A stretch of DNA of 32,000 bases. Origin: Coprobacillaceae bacterium (GTDB lineage Bacteria; Bacillota_I; Bacilli_A; Erysipelotrichales; Coprobacillaceae). The notes beneath the pieces are model-generated. The model saw only the letters and a list, made by a program, of their open reading frames with translations, was not told the DNA's origin and searched no databases. Both the position numbers and the translations under genes were made by a program. The stretch's first letter is position 1; every line of letters starts with the position of its first letter. Positions 17,840 through 25,340 of this stretch are shown here, in pieces. The stretch spans positions 1,380,001 to 1,412,000 of the forward strand of contig OY776328.1 in the NCBI GenBank assembly GCA_963675515.1, read 5' to 3'.

Positions 17840-18979
17840 ATGGGAATCACACTTAGGGAACTTAGCGATGAGGGGAAACAGAAATATCGGATGTCTTTGA
17901 AGGCGGGTAAACATGGTCTTGTCTCCAATGTGACCTGGGTTCACACCATTGAACAGGTGGAAGTCGCCAACTTCCTCCATGGTGGAGAACTGATCTTCAC
18001 GACGGGCATAGCCAACCAGGGGACCCAATGGCTTATGCAACTTGTCGAAGAACTCCACCAGGCCAATGCCGTCGGTCTGGTGATCAATACGGGACCGTTC
18101 ATCGATGGAGTTGCCAAAGAGGTGGTTGATTTGTGCGATTCCCTGAACTTCCCAGTGTTTGTCGTCCCCTGGGAAGTCCGTTTGGTGGACGTTACCAAGG
18201 ATTTTTGCGACAAGATCATCCAGAACAACAAGCGGGAAGAGAGCATCGGTGACCTGTTCAAGAACTACGTCCACAACCGTTCCAATGACGCCTTTGTGGA
18301 GCTGAAAAATCGTGGATTCGACCTCAATGGCACCTATCTTATCTATGGCTTCAAGATCGAAAGCCCGGATGGGGAATACCAATATGAAGAAAGGCTCAAA
18401 ATCAATCTCCATCAGATATTTGTGACTTTGAATCTTAACTTCGCCTATTTTGGCGAGTCGGGAGTGCTCTATTACATTATCGAAGACCTCGGCAGCGAAC
18501 AGGAAAGCCTGCTCAAAGAGGAAATCAGACGGCTCTCCGGCCGGGGAAAGATCAGATCATATGTTTCCAAGCATGATGACAATATCTTCAACCTCTCGGA
18601 CAACTATGTCAAACTGAATACGCTGATAAACTCCAAGCTGGATGGCAATCTCGTCAGTTTCGATGAGCTGGGGATCGAGAGGATCCTTCTAGGCGTAACG
18701 AACAAGGAAGACCTGCGGTGGTATTATCGCAGCCTGATCGGTCCGTTGATCGAGTATGACAGACAGAACAAGACGGAATTCTACCCCTTGCTCGAATCGT
18801 ATATCGAAAACAACGGTTCGCTCCAACAGGTGGCCAATGAATTCTACCTGCACAAGAACACAATCAATTACCAGCTCAAGAAAATAAGCCAGATAATCGG
18901 GATGGATATCTCGGACTTCGGCAACCGGGTCCAGCTGAGTGTGGTGTTCAAAATTGAGAAAATCCTGACCTCGAGCTGA
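17840..18979 (+). CDS. PucR-family transcriptional regulator
   Basis: Start placed at ATG 17840 (MGITLREL), behind aaagagggg. The N-terminal PurC-like/PucR ligand domain pattern (KAGKHGL..VTWVHTIE..FLHGGELIFTTG) and a C-terminal HTH (QQVANEFYLHKNTINYQLKKI) are present. Confidence 0.8.
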   Translation: MGITLRELSDEGKQKYRMSLKAGKHGLVSNVTWVHTIEQVEVANFLHGGELIFTTGIANQGTQWLMQLVEELHQANAVGLVINTGPFIDGVAKEVVDLCDSLNFPVFVVPWEVRLVDVTKDFCDKIIQNNKREESIGDLFKNYVHNRSNDAFVELKNRGFDLNGTYLIYGFKIESPDGEYQYEERLKINLHQIFVTLNLNFAYFGESGVLYYIIEDLGSEQESLLKEEIRRLSGRGKIRSYVSKHDDNIFNLSDNYVKLNTLINSKLDGNLVSFDELGIERILLGVTNKEDLRWYYRSLIGPLIEYDRQNKTEFYPLLESYIENNGSLQQVANEFYLHKNTINYQLKKISQIIGMDISDFGNRVQLSVVFKIEKILTSS

Positions 18980-19046
18980 AACTTTGACTGGTCAATTGTG
19001 CGAGACTAAAAACATGGCAGGCAGTTATCGCTAAAAATTATTAAGT

Positions 19047-19074
19047 CGGTATTGATAATACCGTCTTTTATTTT
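19047..19074 (+). terminator. Weak Rho-independent terminator candidate after the PucR gene
   Basis: cggtatt-gat-aataccg (7-bp stem) followed by tcttttatttt. Confidence 0.4.
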
Positions 19075-19186
19075 GCATATACGTCAATATCTTTAATAAT
19101 CCAAGTTTTTTACTAACTTCTTCAAATCGGTTTACTTTTATGTGTAAATAAATTATTATTACGATAATAAATTAGGAGGTGTTATT

Positions 19187-19447
19187 ATGAGTTTGACAGT
19201 AATCGGCAGCAGCATGTGCGTTGATACCAAAAAGGCGTTGATGGCCCTCGATGAGGTTAATGCGTCTTACGAATTATTGGATATCTTGACTAATTTGGAT
19301 TCATTGAAGGGATTTATCAAGGAATGGGATACCAATCCCTTGTACTCGAAAGTGAAGAAAAAAGGAACCATGGGGATTCCTTTGTTTGTCCTCCAGGACG
19401 GTACGAAGACTTTGTCATTGAACAAGGTGCTTCAGGCCCTCAAGTGA
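19187..19447 (+). CDS. Glutaredoxin-related small thioredoxin-fold protein with a single active-site Cys
   Basis: 86 aa with RBS aggaggtg. The layout resembles COG4545-type glutaredoxin-related proteins (..LDI..L..FI...D.NP.Y..VKKKGTMGIPLFVL.DG), but the usual CxxC position reads SMCVDT. Confidence 0.6.
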   Translation: MSLTVIGSSMCVDTKKALMALDEVNASYELLDILTNLDSLKGFIKEWDTNPLYSKVKKKGTMGIPLFVLQDGTKTLSLNKVLQALK

Positions 19448-19996
19448 TTCGGTTTTGGGTTGTTCAACCGTCTTGCCACTCTGGTTGTATCCTTGTGCCT
19501 TGTTCATCCGTCAATTCCTCGGGGGTTCTTGCATCCTGATCAGGTCTGCCTGGTTCAATCCTTCGGTGGAATTTGGATGTCATTAGGGCGGGGACCGGAA
19601 AGACCGGCATCTCAGCCCTGCAGGATGGAAGCAAACAGGATGCGACCTTAATGGTTGGAATTAAAATTATCAATTCATATATTAATGCGATAGAGTCGGT
19701 GGGAATCCTTTTCCTGACCGGCTCTTTTTGACGTTTTAAACGAAATTGATTTTGGACGGCTTTGTCCATCCAGGAATGTTATTGGCCACAATACTTACTT
19801 GATAAGATACCTCCATCTTCATGGCGGGAGATTGACTGATAGATCAGGGTCGTTGGATTTGAACCCATGATAGGATGTCCAAATGGCAGGAGCCTGACAA
19901 TATGGTTAAAGCTGGTTGCCTCTTCACGTTTAAAGCAGCTTGTTATTTTCCTGGAGACTTTTAACGATGGCAATATAATTGCCAAGGTTTGTCCTG

Positions 19997-20050
19997 TTAA
20001 CAATATTTAAACAATCGCTGCGATAAAGATAAACAATTCTGCCTTAGAAT
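19997..20050 (+). promoter_or_regulatory. Three 11-bp-phased TTAAACAAT-like boxes plus a -10 (TAGAAT) upstream of the ABC operon
   Basis: TTAACAAT 19997-20004, TTAAACAAT 20007-20015 and ATAAACAAT 20029-20037. The AACAAT cores are 11 and 22 bp apart. TAGAAT at 20045-20050 lies 7 nt after the last box. Related boxes with the same geometry sit at 22801-22833. Confidence 0.45.
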
Positions 20051-20085
20051 CGTCAGTGTCAATACAAATCAAGGAGGTTGATGAA

Positions 20086-20997
20086 ATGGAAAATGAGATT
20101 GTGGTCGAAAACATGACCAAAGACTACGGTAATGGCCGGGGAATATATGATGTGTCTTTCGCGGTCAAAAAAGGCGAGGTGTTCGGCTTTCTTGGACCTA
20201 ACGGGGCCGGGAAATCGACGACGATGCGTCATCTGATGGGGTTTGCCAAGCCCCATCAGGGTCAGGCGACCATACTTGGCCATGATTGCTGGAACAGGCA
20301 CTCCAAGATCATGAAGGACGTCGGGTATCTTCCAGGCGAGGTGACGTTGCCCGACGGGCTCAACGGGGCCGGTTTTCTGGAAATGATGCAAAGAATCAGG
20401 AAGTCAAAGAACACGACTAAGATCATGGAGCTCATGGAGCTGTTCGATCTCAATATCGAAGGTGATGTCAGGAAGCTTAGCATCGGGGAAAAAAGGAAGC
20501 TGGCGGTGGTTGCCGCCTTCATGGATGACCCCCAGGTTCTCCTGCTCGATGAACCGACCAGCGGACTGGACCCGATCATGCAGGAGGTCTTTATCGACTT
20601 TGTCAAAAAGGAAAAACAGCGGGGCAAGACAATCCTGCTTTCAAGCCATATCTTTGCCGAGGTGGAAGCCTTGTGCGACCGGATCGCCATCATCAAGGAA
20701 GGGCGGATAATCGCCCTTGTCAATGCGGGCGATGTCAGACATTACAAGCGCAAGACATTCGAGATAACCTTTTGTTCAATGGAACATTACCACAAGTTCC
20801 AGCTTGAAAACTTCGAAGTCCGTCAGGTCGATCCAGAAAGGATGCAGATTGCCATCGTCGCTGACAACGACCGGGTGAATGAGCTGATCGGGGCATTGAC
20901 CAGATATCAGGTGTCCCTGTTTGTCGAAAAGCAGCAGACACTCGAGGATTATTTCATGCGTTTTTACAAGAGCGAAAGGACATTTGGAGGAGTATAA
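20086..20997 (+). CDS. ABC transporter ATP-binding protein 1
   Basis: Start placed at MENEIVV, 8 nt after aaggagg. Walker A GPNGAGKST, signature variant LSIGEKRK, Walker B LLLDEPTSGLD and H-loop SSHI. Confidence 0.88.
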   Translation: MENEIVVENMTKDYGNGRGIYDVSFAVKKGEVFGFLGPNGAGKSTTMRHLMGFAKPHQGQATILGHDCWNRHSKIMKDVGYLPGEVTLPDGLNGAGFLEMMQRIRKSKNTTKIMELMELFDLNIEGDVRKLSIGEKRKLAVVAAFMDDPQVLLLDEPTSGLDPIMQEVFIDFVKKEKQRGKTILLSSHIFAEVEALCDRIAIIKEGRIIALVNAGDVRHYKRKTFEITFCSMEHYHKFQLENFEVRQVDPERMQIAIVADNDRVNELIGALTRYQVSLFVEKQQTLEDYFMRFYKSERTFGGV

Positions 20998-21932
20998 TGG
21001 ACGAAATGATAAAAGTGAGCCATCTGACCAAGGACTATCAGGGTGGCAAGGGAATTTTCGATTTTGACTTCTGTGTATCAAGGGGCGAGGTTGTCGGCCT
21101 TGTGGGCACCAACGGTTCGGGCAAGACAACGACCATGCGCCACCTGATGGGATTTGTCAGGGGCAATCAGGGCAGTGCCTCGGTCGCTGGCCTGGACGCC
21201 TGGAAGGACACCGCCTATATCAAGAAGCTGGTGGGCTATGTTCCCGGCCAGATCGATTTCCCGGATGTGGGAACCGGAGCCGAGTTTTTGAAAATCCAGG
21301 CGGAACTTGCGGGAATAAAGGATTATACCTCCATGAACGAGCTGATCGACCGGTTCAAGATCGATGTATCCGCTCCGCTTAAAAGGATGTCCAAGGGGAT
21401 GAAACAGAAGATGGGACTGGTAGTCGCTTTCATGGGCGAACCGGACATCTACATTCTCGATGAACCGTCGACCGGGCTGGATCCGCTTATGCGCGATGCT
21501 TTGATCGAGCTGATCCTGGAACAAAAGGCCAAAGGGAAGACCGTTTTGATATCCAGCCATATCTTCAAGGAGCTCGAGGCAATCTGCGACCGGGTCATCT
21601 TCATCAAGGATGGCCATATCGTAAGTGAGGTGGACCGGAGCCAATACGAGAGCGATCCGATGGAGCGCTATTCGATCAAGTTCGCCTCCAAGAAGGAGTT
21701 CCAGCGGTATCTGGATTCCCGCGACCTGATCAAAGGCTGTCAGGGAAAGCTGGATGACCAGTTCGAAGAGCTGGCCAAGTTCAACCGGATCGAGCTTGAT
21801 GTATCCCAGAAACACGTCAACGAGCTTTTCCGTGACCTATCAGGCTACAATCTGGCAGCCATCGACAATGTGAGCTTCACATTGGAAAAATACTATATCG
21901 AAATCATAGAAAATCAGGAGAGAAAAAGATGA
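20997..21932 (+). CDS. ABC transporter ATP-binding protein 2
   Basis: TAATG overlap with the preceding gene. Walker A GTNGSGKTT, signature variant MSKGMKQK, Walker B YILDEPSTGLD and H-loop SSHI. Confidence 0.88.
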   Translation: MDEMIKVSHLTKDYQGGKGIFDFDFCVSRGEVVGLVGTNGSGKTTTMRHLMGFVRGNQGSASVAGLDAWKDTAYIKKLVGYVPGQIDFPDVGTGAEFLKIQAELAGIKDYTSMNELIDRFKIDVSAPLKRMSKGMKQKMGLVVAFMGEPDIYILDEPSTGLDPLMRDALIELILEQKAKGKTVLISSHIFKELEAICDRVIFIKDGHIVSEVDRSQYESDPMERYSIKFASKKEFQRYLDSRDLIKGCQGKLDDQFEELAKFNRIELDVSQKHVNELFRDLSGYNLAAIDNVSFTLEKYYIEIIENQERKR

Positions 21933-22693
21933 TCAGTCTACCATTAATGAAACAAACATTCAAATCCAATGCCGTTATCTGGCTGGCGATGACCGGGGTA
22001 TCGGCAATCCTGCTGGGGCAGTTCGCCGCCATGGAGATGACCCAGAATTTGCTTTTTACCATCTACTATTCAATCATGGTGACTCTGTTCCCGGCAATCT
22101 ATTCGATGATTTGTGCCAACAAGCTGCTGGCCAGCCAGGTGGATTCGGGCTCGATGGCCTATGTCCTGGCTTCGCCTAAGCGGCGCAGCAATGTCGTGTT
22201 GACCCAGGTCGCCTTCTCGATTGGCACCATGGCCCTGATGTTTCTTGTCACTGCGATAGTCCACAGTCTTGTCAATGCTTCTTCGCCCCTTAGCATACTG
22301 CAGGCCACCGGCGGTTCAATCAAGGTTGGCGGCAATCTGACCACGTCTTTGATTATGAAGGTATCTTTGTCGGCGTTCGCTGCCAGTATTGCGGTTTCCG
22401 GTTTGTGCTTCATGTTTTCAGGGATCTTCAACCGCTCCAAATATGCCATCGGTTTTTCCGGAGCGCTTATCGGGGTGTGCATCCTGGCCGGGATGATGGC
22501 CATGTTCGGGACCCTTGGCATGAGTGAGCTTGAAAACTTCAAGTACCTGACGTTGTTTTCCCTGTTCGACTATCATTCGATTTTGATTGGCGGCAGTGAA
22601 TGGATGACAAAGGCGCTTTCTGCCGGCTTGATCGGTCTGGTCGGGTATACCATCGGCGGGGTGTGGTTTTGCAGGAAGGATTTGCCCCTGTAA
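21929..22693 (+). CDS. ABC-2-type transporter permease (multi-pass membrane protein)
   Basis: ATGA overlap with ATPase 2. 254 aa, with about six hydrophobic segments visible by eye in the translation. Confidence 0.75.
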   Translation: MISLPLMKQTFKSNAVIWLAMTGVSAILLGQFAAMEMTQNLLFTIYYSIMVTLFPAIYSMICANKLLASQVDSGSMAYVLASPKRRSNVVLTQVAFSIGTMALMFLVTAIVHSLVNASSPLSILQATGGSIKVGGNLTTSLIMKVSLSAFAASIAVSGLCFMFSGIFNRSKYAIGFSGALIGVCILAGMMAMFGTLGMSELENFKYLTLFSLFDYHSILIGGSEWMTKALSAGLIGLVGYTIGGVWFCRKDLPL

Positions 22694-22698
22694 TGGTG

Positions 22699-22740
22699 AA
22701 CGGACTGGCACTGCTTGAAGTGTCAGTCCGTTATATTTTA
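22699..22740 (+). terminator. Terminator candidate after the ABC operon
   Basis: 13-bp stem aacggactggcac / gtgtcagtccgtt (one G.U pair) with an 8-nt loop, followed by atatttta. The U-tract is modest. Confidence 0.55.
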
Positions 22741-22800
22741 GGGGGCAATTGTAAGAAATCTGGTTTGATGCAATTGTCAAATGTCATATTTATGAAGGAT

Positions 22801-22833
22801 TTAAACAAAACTTAAACAAATCTGTGGTATGAT
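22801..22833 (+). promoter_or_regulatory. Two TTAAACAAA direct repeats (11-bp spacing) plus an extended -10 (TGgTATGAT) upstream of the two-component operon
   Basis: Boxes at 22801-22809 and 22812-22820. TG at 22825-26 and TATGAT at 22828-22833, 7 nt after the proximal box, the same spacing as at the ABC promoter. Confidence 0.5.
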
Positions 22834-22860
22834 TTTTAAAAGTCTAAGGGGGATTGAGCT

Positions 22861-23532
22861 ATGGTCAGGATAATGGTGGTCGAGGATGATGTGAAGTTGA
22901 ATAATGCGATGTGCGTCTATCTGCGGGGCTGTGGCTATGAGGTGACGGGCTGTTTGAGTGCCAATGATGCATATAACGGGATGTATAACAATCTCTATGA
23001 TCTGATAATCTCCGACATCATGATGAAAGAGATCGACGGGTTCGAATTTGCGAAGACGGTGCGCGACCTCAACGAGACCATCCCGCTTCTGTTTGTCTCG
23101 GCAAGGGATGACATCCAGAGCAAGCATCGGGGCTTCAATCTGGGAATCGATGACTACATGGTCAAGCCCATCGACTTCGAGGAGCTGACCTTGCGGGTCA
23201 GTGCCCTGCTGCGCCGGGCCAATCTCGAAAGCGACCGCAAGATAATAATGGAACACCTGGTTGTGGACCAGGATGCCATGGAGATCCTGCTTGATGGTTT
23301 TGAGGTGGCGGTGACCAGCCGGGAATTCAATATCCTGTTCAAGATGCTTTCATACCCGAATAAGACGTTTTCCCGGGCCCAGCTTATGGATGAGTTCTGG
23401 GGCTATGATTGCGAGACCTCATTGCGGGCCGTCGATGTGATCGTTACCAAACTGCGTGACAAGTTTTCAGAATGTGAGGACTTCGAAATCAGGACAATCC
23501 GGGGAATGGGCTACAAGGTGGTGGTGCGATGA
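22861..23532 (+). CDS. OmpR/PhoB-family response regulator
   Basis: Receiver domain (MVVEDD, DLIISDIMM, KPI) plus a winged-helix output domain (LTSREFNILFKML.., IRTIRGMGYKV). Confidence 0.9.
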   Translation: MVRIMVVEDDVKLNNAMCVYLRGCGYEVTGCLSANDAYNGMYNNLYDLIISDIMMKEIDGFEFAKTVRDLNETIPLLFVSARDDIQSKHRGFNLGIDDYMVKPIDFEELTLRVSALLRRANLESDRKIIMEHLVVDQDAMEILLDGFEVAVTSREFNILFKMLSYPNKTFSRAQLMDEFWGYDCETSLRAVDVIVTKLRDKFSECEDFEIRTIRGMGYKVVVR

Positions 23533-24596
23533 ACGGACCCAAGATAAGGAACAGCCATTTTCCCGTCCGCCTCTTTTTCATCCTGTTTGGGGTCATGATC
23601 CTGGTCGCCGGAATCCATGAGGGAATAATCGTCCTGATGGAAGTGGTCAAGGTGCCGGCATACATCGAGCCGGGCATCATCCTGGTGTACTGGGTCGCTG
23701 TGGCCATCGGGGTCACCCGTTACATCCAGCTGCAGATGAAAAAGGCCTACGAGATTCCGATGCGGACGCTGGCCAATGCGACCGCCCGGGTGGCCAAGGG
23801 GGATTTTTCCGTATACGTGCCGATCATCCATACGGCGGACAGATACGACTATCTTGATGTCATGATCATGGACTTCAACAGGATGGTCGAGGAGTTGGGA
23901 AGTGTCGAGACGCTCAAGACCGATTTTTTCTCCAACGTTTCCCATGAAATCAAGACGCCCCTGGCGGTGATTTCCAACTACGCCCAGCTGCTTACCAAGG
24001 ACGGGACTCTCGATGTCACCCAACGGTTGCACCTTGATGAGATAATCCAGGCGAGCGAGCGGCTCAACAACATGATCACCAATATCCTCAAGCTCAACCG
24101 GCTTGAGAAACAGCAGATCAATCCGGAAATCGGGAAGTTCGACCTTTGCGCCCAGCTGGTCGAATGCGCTCTCCAGTTCGAGAATGAGTGGGAAAAAAGA
24201 GGTATCGATTTTGTGGTCGATATCGAGGACCGGGCGATGATCGTCTCCGACAGAGGTCTGCTTGAGCTGGTCTGGACCAACCTGATTTCCAACGCGCTAA
24301 AGTTCACGCTAGATGGTGGGAAAGTGACCATCTTTGAACAGTCGACGCCCGATGAAATCGTGGTCAAGGTCATCGATGATGGCTGTGGGATGGACAACGA
24401 GACAACAAAGCACATCTTCGATAAGTTCTATCAGGGTGACAGTTCCCATGCCACCCAGGGCAACGGCCTGGGTCTGGCCATATCCTACCGGGTTTGCCAG
24501 ATATTGGGTGTGGAGATCACGGTTGAAAGCGAGATCTCCAAGGGAACGACATTTACGATCAGGGTGCCAAAGGGCGCCCATCAAGGGGGATTATGA
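23529..24596 (+). CDS. Sensor histidine kinase with a minimal extracytoplasmic loop (intramembrane-sensing type)
   Basis: ATGA overlap with the RR gene. Two N-terminal TM segments are separated by roughly 15-20 residues. H-box FFSNVSHEIKTPL, N-box LISNALKFT, G1 DDGCGM and G2 GNGLGL. Confidence 0.88.
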   Translation: MNGPKIRNSHFPVRLFFILFGVMILVAGIHEGIIVLMEVVKVPAYIEPGIILVYWVAVAIGVTRYIQLQMKKAYEIPMRTLANATARVAKGDFSVYVPIIHTADRYDYLDVMIMDFNRMVEELGSVETLKTDFFSNVSHEIKTPLAVISNYAQLLTKDGTLDVTQRLHLDEIIQASERLNNMITNILKLNRLEKQQINPEIGKFDLCAQLVECALQFENEWEKRGIDFVVDIEDRAMIVSDRGLLELVWTNLISNALKFTLDGGKVTIFEQSTPDEIVVKVIDDGCGMDNETTKHIFDKFYQGDSSHATQGNGLGLAISYRVCQILGVEITVESEISKGTTFTIRVPKGAHQGGL

Positions 24597-25120
24597 AAGA
24601 AGAAAGAAAAGCCTATGTGGGCTACGAATATCAGGATTTAAAAATTGACAAGTCATCGCTCCACGGCTATATGGACGGGTATGTGAACTTCGGCTGGGAG
24701 ATGCTCGAGCAGCGGGGAATGACCGGCGAGCCCAACAAGGTGCTTGTTTCGATGCGCCGCGACAGCAGGATCATCAACAAGATTGAACTGACCAGGCTGC
24801 AAAGCCACTTCGAGGATTGCATGGACCAGATTGTAAAGCTGGAAAAGTCGATCAATAGCGCCGCTGTGATTGCTTCAATGACAATCGCTCTTATCGGCAC
24901 TGCCTTTATGGCCGGGAGCGTCTTTGCAGTGGTTGCCGATCAGCCCAATTACCTTTTGATGGTCCTGCTTGCCATTCCGGGATTTGCGGGGTGGATCATG
25001 CCGATATTCGTACATAAAAAGGTGCTTGTCAAGAAACGTCATGAAATCAATCCGCTGATCGAGTCTAAAAGGGTCGAGGTGGACCAGGTATGTCAAAAGG
25101 CCCATGGCCTATGGGACTAA
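24593..25120 (+). CDS. 175-aa membrane protein of unknown function, translationally coupled to the kinase
   Basis: ATGA overlap with the HK stop. A soluble N-terminal region of about 90 aa is followed by two hydrophobic helices (AAVIASMTIALIGTAFMAGSVFAVV, LLMVLLAIPGFAGWIMPIFV) and a charged tail. No family was recognised. Confidence 0.65.
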   Translation: MKEERKAYVGYEYQDLKIDKSSLHGYMDGYVNFGWEMLEQRGMTGEPNKVLVSMRRDSRIINKIELTRLQSHFEDCMDQIVKLEKSINSAAVIASMTIALIGTAFMAGSVFAVVADQPNYLLMVLLAIPGFAGWIMPIFVHKKVLVKKRHEINPLIESKRVEVDQVCQKAHGLWD

Positions 25121-25205
25121 AGTAAAATTCAACAGCATTACAAGGCATTTACAGATAGAATCTTGGATTGTTTATCTGCAATTTTTGTTCAATCCATATT
25201 CAATT

Positions 25206-25246
25206 AAGAACCCGCTCTCGTGTCTAAAGGGAGTTGGTTCTTTTTT
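25206..25246 (+). terminator. Terminator candidate after the two-component operon
   Basis: aagaacccgctctc / ggagttggttctt stem (one mismatch, two wobble pairs) followed by a T-run. Confidence 0.5.
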
Positions 25247-25312
25247 CTTGCTTACCGTTGCTATGGGAAACTGATGGGAGCTGATTTTTCATAAGAAAGG
25301 TAACCAGCCAAT

Positions 25313-25340
25313 GAAAAAGACGACTCACCTGGAGTCGTCT
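25313..25340 (-). terminator. Rho-independent terminator of the channel gene, overlapping its stop codon
   Basis: The minus strand reads agacgactc-caggt-gagtcgtct followed by ttttt. Perfect 9-bp stem. Confidence 0.65.

Noticed and set aside
19464-20003. Minus-strand ORFs 19464-19769 and 19779-20003 as functional genes
   Set aside because: No RBS, no recognisable domain motif, and they overlap plus-strand ORFs of equal quality. They are kept only as a possible gene remnant (see the finding on 19448-19996).
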